DNA of 64,000 bases, from assembly GCA_964016885.1 (NCBI GenBank), contig OZ024750.1, positions 15,004,001-15,068,000 on the forward strand, written 5' to 3'. A model generated the notes under the pieces. The model was not told where the DNA came from, did not search any database, and saw nothing but the letters and a program-made list of their open reading frames with translations. Of this stretch, positions 1 through 12,562 are shown in pieces. The DNA is from Eledone cirrhosa. Taxonomy: Eukaryota. Every line of letters starts with the position of its first letter. Positions within the stretch are counted from its first letter, which is position 1. The translations under genes were made by a program, and so were the position numbers.

Positions 1-342
1 CTCGGAACAACGCAAAGCAAACTTCTCCATGCCTATAAGCGCAACAATAACAGTTGGAGAGAGAGCAATGCAATCATTTTATCCACCTCCGGCATCTTAC
101 TAAGATTGCAAATTTAATCCCACGGAAATTTAAAAGCGGGCTATATAGGGATGACAGACTTAGTGGGATCGAACACGGAACAACGTGGTTGCTAAGCGAA
201 CTTCTTCAAGCCTATAGGCGCAGCAATAACTGCTGGAGAGAGAAATGCAATCAGTTTATCCGCCTTTGGCATCTTACTAAGATTGCAAATTTAATCCCAC
301 GGAAATTTAAAATCAGGCAATATAGGGATGAAAGACTTAAGC
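1..342 (+). mobile_element. Penelope-like reverse transcriptase fragment, tandemly duplicated (period about 177 bp)
   Basis: Translation KIANLIPRKFKSGLYRDDRL resembles the GLYRDDGL catalytic motif of PLE RTs; the block CTTACTAAGATTGCAAATTTAATCCCACGGAAATTT occurs at 96 and 273. Confidence 0.6.
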
Positions 343-909
343 ATTTAACCAAGCGCTGGTATTTAGGCTAACGCCTTACTCTCTTTTCTTTGATATAAAA
401 TAACTATGTTTGCTATTTATTCTCGCCTCATTTACTATACTATCTAATTATTTGTTTATAATTGCCAAATTGCAATTCTGGTAATTTCTTTGTTCTCATT
501 TTCTCATGATAGCAATTATAATCTATTTATTATTGAAGTACTTTTTGCATTGTTGTTGTGTCAGATAATCTATTGTTCTGGTACAACATCATCATTATTA
601 TTATTATTATTATTATTAGTATTATCATCATCATCATCATTATTGTTGTTGTTGATGTTGTACATTTATTTATTTTACTATTGAAACGTCAACACATATT
701 AACCTCCTTCCGCAGGTAAGTCAAAATTTATAGGCGTTTAAACCCGTTTTGGGGTTCTGGAGACTGAATTTTGTTTTTCTGCGTCTTAAGGAAACCGCTT
801 TTATAGGGTGCCAGGTGACCTTATTCATTTCTGCTCCCCCCCACCTTTGATGAATTTTCTTTTGTTCGAATTTTGAGTTTCATATTTTTTGTTAAAAGTG
901 ATTTACACG

Positions 910-988
910 AAACCACTCGGTCCGGAATTCAAACTCACAACTTTACAATCGTAAGCCCAGGATCTTAACCACTACGCCATGTAACTTC
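910..988 (-). mobile_element. tRNA-derived SINE head fragment (related copy at 2951-3021)
   Basis: Reverse complement shows A-box TGGCGTAGTGG and B-box-like GTTTGAATTCC. Confidence 0.6.
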
Positions 989-1732
989 CTGTACTAAATC
1001 ATAATCTTACTAAACGGTAGGAATCATTGCTTCCCCCCGCCACCTTCAAGCTTTAAAGTGAGTCGTATTGACCCGCATTGTTACGGTGCTTGATTGAAAG
1101 ACAACACAGCATTGGAAGTAGCCAAATAAAGAGATTATATTGAAGACTGTGATTACTTGTCGTCACACTCCATATAATCTGAAATAGACCGAATTATGCA
1201 CGAAAGCAATATGGCTCTGTGCAACTGACAAGTATTTCGTTTTGGGTTAAAACTTCTGTTATGTGAGCTGCTTGGAAAATTATAGTCTTTAACATTTGCT
1301 TTAGATAATCGATATAAAATCTTCAATGAAACACTCACGATCCAATACATAATAGAACTTGCCAACTACAGAGTATTGAACGAATTTGTTAGTTTGGGAT
1401 ATGAAGAGTTGATAAACTAGATTACGTCATATATGGAAGAGAGTTTTTTGTGACTTACTATTCTAAGTTCATAATACCAGCGTTTCGGCGTTCATATATG
1501 AGTATTAGTTTTTAAGTACCAGTATAAGATGAAATGATGTCTAATTGCTTCATGTATATATATATATATATATATAACAATATATAGTAAGAAACACAGT
1601 AAACCGTGTGTCTAAAATTACAAGGGTTGAAAAACCACATATGCTTGAAATATTTAACCAAGAAACAGACAGGATGACAAAATGAAAATAAAAATATATT
1701 ATCATAATACAAACTGCCTCAATAACCATTAT

Positions 1733-1814
1733 ATCTCTCGGACAGATTATCCCTAATCTGTTTCGCCCTGAGTGTGTTTGTAACAGATAATCCTGGGCTT
1801 CATCAGCGAGAGAT
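1733..1814 (-). ncRNA. Type I hammerhead ribozyme (family B, mirror copy)
   Basis: Reverse complement of 2221-2302. Confidence 0.92.
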
Positions 1815-2220
1815 TGCAATTAAATGTCACAAACACTATTTGCCAACGTTCACACAGAAAGATGAATTTATCACCTCGTGCGCCGCCAGTCAAACGTGGT
1901 AAGCGCGTATTGAACAGAAATAACAGTCCAACACGCACAACTTAATAGCTCATCCTGTAAGAGAGCCGCTGTGTTTCTTACTATATATTGTTAATCGGCT
2001 CAGTATTTATTTGTACTTTATACTTAGAGCTTAATGGTTACAGGGTTCTAATTCATATATATATTTCGGCTCTCTTACAGGATGAGCTATTAAGTTGTGC
2101 GTGTTGGACTGTTATTTCTGTTCAATACGCGCTTACCACGTTTGACTGGCGGCGCACGAGGTGATAAATTCATCTTTCTGTGTGAACGTTGGCAAATAGT
2201 GTTTGTGACATTTAATTGCA

Positions 2221-2302
2221 ATCTCTCGCTGATGAAGCCCAGGATTATCTGTTACAAACACACTCAGGGCGAAACAGATTAGGGATAATCTGTCCGAGAG
2301 AT
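2221..2302 (+). ncRNA. Type I hammerhead ribozyme (family B)
   Basis: ATCTCTCG-CTGATGA-a-GCCC...GGGC-GAAA-CAGATTA-ggga-TAATCTG-TC-CGAGAGAT; three paired stems, full core, predicted cleavage after GUC at 2294. Confidence 0.93.
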
Positions 2303-2518
2303 ATAATGGTTATTGAGGCGGTTTGTATTATGATAATATATTTTTATTTTCATTTTGTCATCCTGTCTGTTTCTTGGTTAAATATTTCAAGCATATGTGG
2401 TTTTTCAACCCTTGTAATTTTAGACACACGGTTTACTGTGTTTCTTACTATATATTGTTAATCGGCTCAGTATTTATTTGTACTTTATACTTAGAGCTTA
2501 ATGGTTACAGGGTTCTAA

Positions 2519-2596
<78 letters not shown>

Positions 2597-3922
2597 TGAC
2601 CCGAATTACTTGGTCGTTTCTATGGCTGTGCTGATAATGGTTTAACCATCGTTTCAGTGTGTTTGGCCTTTTAACGTATGTTGTAGCTCTGGTTCGTTTG
2701 AATCTATTGAGCGCTTGCCACACATCTCGGAAGTTGTTTTTCGCTAATTTCCAATAGCCAAAATACGATTGTCGCTAATTTATATTTATATTTATATATA
2801 TATATATATATATATATTTCCGAAGAAAAAGCAAAGGAAAAAGAGTGCTCTATGTATAAAAAGAGCTATTTAATTAGAAAGTGAACAACTCAATATATAA
2901 CTACCCCATTACTACGTACGTGTAGTTCGTTCATCAGAAAAGTGTCTTTCAACGCCGGGAATAGAACTCACAAACTTACGATTGTGAGCCGAATATCTTA
3001 AGCACAAAACCACGCGCCTTCACTGCATGATAATTATTAGTTTATTCACAACTGTGAGTAAATTCCGGTTAAACATGAACTAATTGCTTTAATACTTGCA
3101 TCATTCTATAATAATATTTATGTAAATATATTGGCGCTCAAGTTCGGTTATTAATAAGTGGTAATATAATTCATTAGGCTGTTTGGATGCTTCTGAAAAC
3201 TTCCTGATTTAGAAGTGGATATATGAATGTATATTTAATATGGGAGTGTCTTAGAAGCAAATATTTAACATCAACACATCTTAGAACATTGAGATATGTC
3301 AGTAATAAGAGAAAACGTACGAACTAACGAGCGAGGATACACGTGGTCGGTTGATGTGCATAAAGTGATATCAAAATTTCCCTCAGAATATACCCCAGTG
3401 TATATCTATGACTACATTATCTAACATGTCATTCGTATTATGAACGACATCTGCAATTATGTATTTCTAGAGTGACTGTATCTGAAAAAGACTTCGACAG
3501 GAATACTATTACATATGTCTTCTCAATCAGGTTGAATAAACGTTAGACACCATGGCGACGTCGACGACCACTGCTGAGTTCAAATCCCACCGGGACTAGA
3601 TTTGACAAATTTCGTGGTACTTATAATTTTCTCCTTGTACAATTCTTACAGTTTGTGACAACAATTGGGGGCCTTTCACTCCCAGGTGAAAAAAAAAAGG
3701 TGCTATTTGGATGGCCGTTGACTCTCCTGAGTTCCTCCGCTCTTTGTCCGGGTCTTGTATTTCATCCCGCAGGGTGTCCAAATACCAACCTCTTCATCAA
3801 GCCAACTTGGTGGGGTTGCTGGTTTAGTCGCCGACGACCCCACTATGAGACAGGTTGTACTGGGTTACATGTTACCAGTAGCATTCGTATGTATGTATAT
3901 ATATATATATATATGCGCGCGC

Positions 3923-3997
<75 letters not shown>

Positions 3998-4084
3998 CAT
4001 ACATATATATATATATATATACATACATATATATATATATATATACATACATATATATATATATATACATACATATATATATAT

Positions 4085-4117
<33 letters not shown>

Positions 4118-4245
4118 CATACATATATATATATATATATATCATAAATCATGTCCTTAGAATTATTAGATAAAATATATACTATTTCCTCTTCTAATTA
4201 GCATGATTAACCATATATATCTATAACTTTATGTATGTGTAAACC

Positions 4246-4360
<115 letters not shown>

Positions 4361-5429
4361 TTATTTATTATAGCTTACTTGAAAGATGGCGGCCCGCTTG
4401 AAGAGAAAGCCCCGTGGGATAGTGTGGCTGTCGCAGCGGTAGTTTCAGGCCATTCTCCGCTATAATGCCTTTCCATTTTGTGAGTGCGGCGCGGCTAAGA
4501 CCCCTACTTTAACTAAGATGTAGTATCTGCTCCCTTCTCTCATTCTTTTATTGCTTGATTCATTTAAAAAAATTATTTTTCTTCTAATCATTTCTTTTCT
4601 TTTTGTTCCCTTTAATAGTGTGTTTTGTTTTTGTATAAACAGCTTTGTAAAATAAAATAACTACTACAAGTTATTTAAATACTTGTATTTATTGTATTTA
4701 TTGTTTTAGAACAATAACAAGTACTTCATCAAATATTTTATAAATACCTAAGCCTAATTCGCTGAGCTTGCCCGGGTAGCCTATTGTTTAACATTTTATT
4801 AATAGTATCACATTTTTATGTGGCTCATTGTCTATATGAATATTTCAATGAAGCAGCATGAATAAAGCCTATCATTTTTCATTCTGGAAAGTTCTACATA
4901 GAACATGATATCTGATACGAGTGTAATTTCAACAGACAATGTTACACATGATAGAAAATAATTCTTGATATAACTGACAAAATATTGATGCTATTATGAA
5001 AGGAATTTTATCATCATATTCAGCATACTGGAAATATACAAGAAACATTGAAACCAAGTGAAACAACTTTTGTGTTGTGTAATCGAAGGCATATGTAACT
5101 AACTGGTGTGTTTGTATCCACTGTAAGCTGTTGCTACATCTGCTAGATAGATATTTTAATTAGCTTAGAATAGTACTTATCTGCATTTAGAATCGACCAG
5201 CCTATGTTTCCTGGGTGTTAAATTGGGATGTATAAGTATGCGATATATTCCTGTCCAGTATTACTTGCATACTCTCTTTCCCATCCGAACTATGCGCTGT
5301 TTAATTTCATAAATGAAAATGTGATGGCAGTGATTTTCCCTTTCATGAAGAACACAATACCCTGTTTGAAGATACGTTCATTTGTTAACGACAGTAACAG
5401 TTGACTGATAAAATGACAAGCCAATCAAT

Positions 5430-5822
5430 CATATTGGTGGCCTCCCCACAGCCCCGGCGGACAGAATGGAGAAGGCGTTTCCCCGGAGGACTACAATTAC
5501 CGAATGTTGAAGCTGGTGCACTGCTGCACCAGCTCATGCACTTAATTTAGACTCCTACCTTCCATCATTCGTGAATACAGCTTTAGAGGCAGCCTTTACT
5601 CGCCTCATCATAGCTACATCACTGGGTTGTGAGCATTTGCTTGGGAGTTATAGGCATCACCCATCCCTTGTTACAGGCGCCATCCCCTCTAGTGGTTTAT
5701 CGCTGTTGGTCTGGGATTGCTTATTCGTACGGCAGCTGCCCGCTTATATCGCAACTAACCATCATATCTGGTGGACGTATCGCTATGCGCCACACGCAGC
5801 CCGTTCTGTAGCAAAATAGTTC
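5430..5822. mobile_element. Decayed CRE-clade non-LTR retrotransposon endonuclease region, internally inverted
   Basis: Plus strand VNTALEAAF...HHPSLVT...SLLVWDC keeps the spacing of the CRE N..RPDG.T...LVWD motif; minus strand near 5455-5515 reads QHSVIVVLRGNAFSIL, like the CRE C-terminal QRLS.A.QRGNA.SIL. Confidence 0.5.
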
Positions 5823-6029
5823 TACCGATAAATTTCATTCCTTGATAGTATTTTATACTGGAAAGTGCCAAAAGGATTCGTTATAGATCTACAATTTAGT
5901 TATTGAAACAATTCCATTGCATCACGCGCTCGTAGGCACACACACACACATACACACACACACATGCAAACACGCACACACATACACACATACACACATA
6001 CACACGCATAAACAAACACACGCGCGAGA

Positions 6030-6208
6030 TGTTAACATGAATGGACCTGTTATTTTTATCTAAAGACATTTTTTTCCAATTCCAGCCCGCCCGTCCCTTC
6101 AATCTATTTTATTGCTCATTCTTTCTGTTCCTGCTATTTCAAGCATTAACCTAATATATTCCCTCCATATACTGTACCGCTTGTGTTGTTATTTCTCTTT
6201 ACCTTTTA
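6030..6208 (+). mobile_element. Family F repeat copy lacking the hammerhead
   Basis: Homologous to the reverse complement of 22738-22946 except for the ribozyme segment. Confidence 0.7.
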
Positions 6209-6308
6209 CATACATACATACACACATACATACATACATATATATTCTGAAGTTGGTGAGACAAAAAGTTGTGTAAGACACGAGGATATAGAGAGCACTC
6301 CCCCCCCA

Positions 6309-6363
<55 letters not shown>

Positions 6364-6586
6364 CTTTATTCTTAACTCTGATGCCGAGAATCATTTGGTT
6401 TCCTAAATAGAATATTAGTCTAATGACTCCATTTATCCCATAAACGTGGTTTTGTCTTTCCACATAATGACGTATTATCTTCGCTTTTTTCCGTTCATTG
6501 CCAAGGAACGTCTTCACGAACCAAAGTATCGTCTTCCTGTTTTCCTTCGATTGCAACTTTTTTTCGAAATATTTACTTCTGCGTTC

Positions 6587-6763
6587 ACAGATTGATTTTT
6601 TTAGTTTCAGAAAATCCCGTTAAGGGTGAAAGCAGCGATTTTTGCTTAAACTTTAATCTATTATTTTGATAAATATTTGCTCTAGGGTTCTTATATATTT
6701 GATATATATTTATCCTTATCGAGCCCTCTTTGGATTTTAGTCTTCAAATTTATTATTATTACT
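6587..6763 (+). mobile_element. Family E hammerhead-like repeat ending in (TA)n (other copies 15470-15533, 28052-28170, 53250-53347)
   Basis: Shared sequence ATCCCGTTAAGGGTGAAAGCAGCGATTYTTTGCTTAAA in four loci, each next to (TA)n. Confidence 0.75.
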
Positions 6764-6783
6764 ATATATATATATATATAGGT

Positions 6784-6842
<59 letters not shown>

Positions 6843-6845
<3 letters not shown>

Positions 6846-7542
6846 TCTAGGGTGGGTAAAATTCCCGAGGTCCATGGACGAGTTCTCTCCAGTGGTCTCT
6901 GTCCCTCATTATCGCTGCCATGTCCTGCGTCTCCAACAAACCAGTGTCTGTCCTTAGGGCATCAACATACGTTAACCTTGGTCTTCCACTTCCAGTGTGT
7001 CCATGTAGGGGCTCCCACAGAAGCACTGAGTATAATGTCAACTCTGGATGTCGGTGAGCATGTCCAGCTAACCTCAGTTTCCTCTGTGTCACTTTTGAGC
7101 AGACTTTTGGGAAGCTCCCATACAACTCTGAGTTTTTCATCCTCAGTGTATACTGATTAATGTTCAGAGCCATCCTCACCATTCTCGTGTAGCACCCATC
7201 CACCATCTGAGTGAGTTTCTTGGTCAGTGTCCAAGTCTCAGACCCGTACAGCAGCACAGACTCCACTACAGCAGATTTTCACGTCTTTACGAAGGTCCGA
7301 CTTCCAAACCGATCTCAAGCTGTGGCACGCCGCCCAGGCTTTGCTCTTCCTCTCAACCAAATCATCTTCCGTATTCCCAATCTTTGCTCCCAAATACAGG
7401 AAGTCCTCAACCAATTCTAGCGGCTTCCCGTCTACAGTAGTGATCCCCTCTGGCTTCTCAACATTCTCTACCAGATATTTTGTTTTAGTCTCATTTATTC
7501 TCAGTCCCACACTCATCGACACAGTCTCAACCTTCTGCATCA
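6843..7542 (-). mobile_element. RTE-clade LINE, 5'-truncated 3' end with a frameshift
   Basis: GLRINETKTKY...VEDFLYLG, then ESVLLYGSETWTLT...RLAGHAHRH...LWEP...GRPRLTYVD...RDRDHWR, typical RTE RT C-terminus. Confidence 0.92.
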
Positions 7543-7555
7543 AACCCCCCCCCCC

Positions 7556-7643
<88 letters not shown>

Positions 7644-7777
7644 GCAGAGGTTATATTTAATTTGTTGGGATTCAACAAGCTTAAACATTTTTATAACTGA
7701 TATAAAGCACTCAACAATTTAGTGGAGTAAATATACAATATATTAACAAATGGAAACTACATTTATAAAACCATATT

Positions 7778-7843
7778 TATTTTATTATACATATTTCAAG
7801 GGCCACCCAGGCAAATTATGGTGCGCTTTCATCATATAAAATA
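7778..7843 (-). ncRNA. Minimal hammerhead (family C) with C3 mutated
   Basis: TATTTTAT-aTGATGA-stem II-GAAA-TATGTA-TA-ATAAAATA, inside a repeat shared with 11490-11640. Confidence 0.65.
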
Positions 7844-8045
7844 CAATACAGATTAGTTTTATAAATAAATATTGACATACCCTGAAAAAAAAGACAACCT
7901 TAACGGTTGGAGCTTTCTGGAAATATGGTTTTATAAATATAGTTTCCATTTGTTAATATATTGTATATATATATATATATATATATTATTATATATATAT
8001 ATATATTTACCCGTCCTATATATATATATATATATATTTACCCGT

Positions 8046-8089
<44 letters not shown>

Positions 8090-8092
<3 letters not shown>

Positions 8093-8263
8093 CGGAGGAA
8101 ATGTGGTAAGGAACCAGGTGGACCATAACGCACCAAAGTACTCAATACTTAGGGTAGTAGAGTGGGTAATAGGAACGAGTAGGACCCCGACGGCTGAGCT
8201 CAAGCCGTTTCATTAGCCGTCGAAACGGCTTGAGCTCAGTCGTCGGGGTCCTACTCGTTCCTA
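8090..8263 (-). mobile_element. Family A PLE-type terminal repeat with inverted 5' arm, in (TA)n
   Basis: Same repeat at 13563, 22301, 29679, 46508, 50878 and 53556; carries hammerhead 3' half GAAA-CGGCT..AGCCG-TC. Confidence 0.85.
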
Positions 8264-8370
8264 TATATATATATATATATATATGTAGGAGGTGAGTTTT
8301 ATTGTAGTACAATAAAGCAATGCAGATATCGGATAAGAAGCACTCTACAGTTTGTAGGACTGGAGTATGC

Positions 8371-8706
8371 ATAATATAAGATCAAAAGATGGTTAAAGGA
8401 GTTCCATGTATTTTATTATGCGCATTTCAAAAACAAACATCATCATGCAATAATATTTGTGTTTTCATCAGATAAAACAGGAGAACATGATATGAAGGCT
8501 AAAAAACACTTGTGGATAGTGCAGTTTTAAATCAACATATGTTGATTTAAAACTGCACTATCCACAAGTGTTTTTTAGCCTTCATATCATGTTCTCCTGT
8601 TTTATCTGATGAAAACACAAATATTATTGCATGATGATGTTTGTTTTTGAAATGCGCATAATAAAATACATGGAACTCCTTTAACCATCTTTTGATCTTA
8701 TATTAT
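8371..8706. repeat. 336-bp perfect palindrome formed by a hammerhead-bearing repeat (family D)
   Basis: 168-bp arms mirrored about CATATG (centre 8538/8539). Confidence 0.95.
8600..8666 (+). ncRNA. Minimal hammerhead with palindromic stem III (mirror copy 8411-8477 on minus)
   Basis: TTTTAT-CTGATGA-AAACA..TGTTTTT-GAAA-TGCGCA-TA-ATAAAA. Confidence 0.82.
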
Positions 8707-9040
8707 ATATATATATATATATATCTATCTAGGGTGGGTAAATATATATATATATATATATTTACCCGCCTATGTGTGTGAGTATGCATGCAGAGGAATT
8801 TGAGACACGAGAAAGAAAAAGGGAAGCTAAGAGATAATTCATTTCTAGTATATTATAATCACTTTGCACAGAAAAATAATATTGTTTCGATTTTTAAGTG
8901 ATGAGTGAATTATGAAAAATATGGTTAAGCCTTTTGTCACTTTAGCTGTAAATCCTTTCTATCGATTGTTGTAAAACACCGTGAGAAACGGCTAGTGGAC
9001 GGTATTTGCTTATAATCTATTTATCTATCTTCGCATACAC

Positions 9041-10100
<1,060 letters not shown>

Positions 10101-10260
10101 ACATATATAAGAACCCGTTTCCATACATAAATACATAATGATCAACTTGTCGTCTGCTTGTTCCTATTCATGTAATCTATATGTAAGGGTGGATGTATAT
10201 AGACATATACGTATGTATATATATTTAAAGCTACTTGTCTATGTATACATACACATACAA

Positions 10261-10336
<76 letters not shown>

Positions 10337-10618
10337 CCTAGTGTTGATGTATGTGTGTACATATGGGTATATATGTATGTATATGTGTGTATGTGCGCAC
10401 GAATGCCGGTGATTGTGTATGCCCGTTGGTCGTTCTGTATTTTCTCATATTAGTCGTTATTTTGCCTATAAATACATATTTATATATGTTTATCTATTCA
10501 AGCATCAACCCACACGTACTGAACCGTGCACAGACACGCACACACGCACCCACTTACACATACACACGGTTAAACACAAACACACACACACTCACACACA
10601 CTCTGTCACGCGCAGATA

Positions 10619-10672
<54 letters not shown>

Positions 10673-10814
10673 AATATGTGTAGAAGTAAACACAGTAAAC
10701 CCGTGTCTAAAATTACTCGGGTAGATTACACCACAAATGTTATATATCATTCAACCTGAATCATATCGGATTTCTTACAAGATTTCTCATACATACCATA
10801 TCAATAACCATTTC

Positions 10815-10906
10815 ATCTCCCGGACAAACTAAAGATTTAATCTGTTTCGCCCTGAATGAATCGTGTTTGTAACAAGTAATCCGTAGGCATTTCGTCAGCG
10901 AGAGAT
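10815..10906 (-). ncRNA. Type I hammerhead, diverged family B relative, within repeat 10672-10975
   Basis: ATCTCTCG-CTGACGA-..GCCT...GGGC-GAAA-CAGATTAAA-tc-TTTAGTTTG-TC-CGGGAGAT; substitutions relative to 2221-2302 keep pairing through G-U. Confidence 0.85.
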
Positions 10907-11162
10907 AAGACTAAATGTTACATAACACCTATAACAATAAACTCACTAAAGTTTACACCTCGTGCGTTGAAAGTCATATTTATATATATATATATGCATA
11001 TATATATATATATATATGTAGATAAATCTACCAAGAGTTTACGGTAGTGAATATGCATGCCAATTCTAACACATATATGTCCTAGAAACGATCGTTAAAT
11101 AATGAACTTTTTTTGTTTAATATAAGGAACTGTTTCATTGTTTTATTCATTATTTTTTTTAT

Positions 11163-11208
<46 letters not shown>

Positions 11209-11283
11209 AAGGAGTGATGCAAAAAGAGAGTGCTTATATATATGTATACACACACACACGCACACACACATATATATACAATG

Positions 11284-11314
<31 letters not shown>

Positions 11315-11327
11315 ACATATATGTGTG

Positions 11328-11382
<55 letters not shown>

Positions 11383-11383
11383 G

Positions 11384-11472
<89 letters not shown>

Positions 11473-11528
11473 TATATATATATATACGATATATTAACAA
11501 ATTGAAACTATATTTATAAAACCATATT

Positions 11529-11593
11529 TATTTCATTATACATATTTCAAGGACACCAAGTTAAATTATGGTGTGCTTCCATCAGATAAAATA
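11529..11593 (-). ncRNA. Minimal hammerhead (family C) with A9 mutated
   Basis: TATTTTAT-CTGATGg-AAGCACACCA..TGGTGTCCTT-GAAA-TATGTA-TA-ATGAAATA. Confidence 0.68.
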
Positions 11594-11874
11594 TAATATA
11601 GAGCAGTTTTATAAATAGATATTGACATACCCTTAAAAAATGCGACCATTTCTGTTGGAAGCTCCCGGATAGTCATTTAGGAATAGACTTTGTCTATAAG
11701 CCAACTTGGTGAAAGCAACAAACATGTAAAGAAATATGTCAGTTCCGTTGTTGTTCGCCAAGTTGGTGATATATATTTTTGTTGTTTATTTCTGCTGAGA
11801 TATGTCACATATTTCCCTGAACACTTCCTTGAGAATATCAGGCAGGATAGCTCTATAACGATTTGACTGAAAAG

Positions 11875-11950
<76 letters not shown>

Positions 11951-12037
11951 TATATATATATATATAATAGTAGAACACTGGTGGGTTATGTCCGCAGTAG
12001 TAGAGCACTCAGTCCATGGGACGAGTTTGGTAGAATT

Positions 12038-12135
12038 AGTTCCACTACAGTTAGTTCACCATTTTAGACCGAGCTGAGGATCCGAATAAGGTGAAACATT
12101 TGACCTCGGTATGGTGAACTAACTGTTGTGGAACT
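12038..12135 (+). ncRNA. Hammerhead-like fold with long extended stem I and GAC at the cleavage triplet
   Basis: TAGTTCCACTACAGTTAGTTCACCA pairs with TGGTGAACTAACTGTTGTGGAACTA and encloses ACCGAG-CTGAGGA-TCC..GG-t-GAAA-CATTTG-AC-CTCGGT. Confidence 0.7.
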
Positions 12136-12241
<106 letters not shown>

Positions 12242-12332
12242 TGTGTGTGTGTGTGTATGTTTGTAGGTATGTGTGTCTGTATATATATATGTATATATGT
12301 ATATATATATATGTATATATGTATATATATAC

Positions 12333-12406
<74 letters not shown>

Positions 12407-12460
12407 TGTGTGTGTGTGTGTGTATGTTTGTAGGTATGTGTGTCTGTATATGTATATATG

Positions 12461-12562
<102 letters not shown>

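Larger units (their letters stand above)
1575..2521. mobile_element. Hammerhead-bearing PLE-type repeat (family B): inverted arm 1575-1968, short 3' fragment 1969-2054, sense copy 2067-2521, flanked by (TA)n
   Basis: 394-bp near-perfect inverted repeat (mirrored ORFs in the track); the 3' end GGGTTCTAATTC is followed by (AT)n twice. Confidence 0.8.

Noticed and set aside
1753-2282. Identical 61-aa ORFs on opposite strands
   Set aside because: Consequence of the inverted repeat; no recognisable protein
2628-2660. GAAA-hairpin-TA-TCAGC on minus resembling a hammerhead 3' half
   Set aside because: No CUGANGA core or stem II upstream
3655-3885. GC-richer segment possibly a LINE 5' UTR with an HDV-like ribozyme (also 4385-4530)
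   Set aside because: Could not build the nested double pseudoknot by eye; family unassigned
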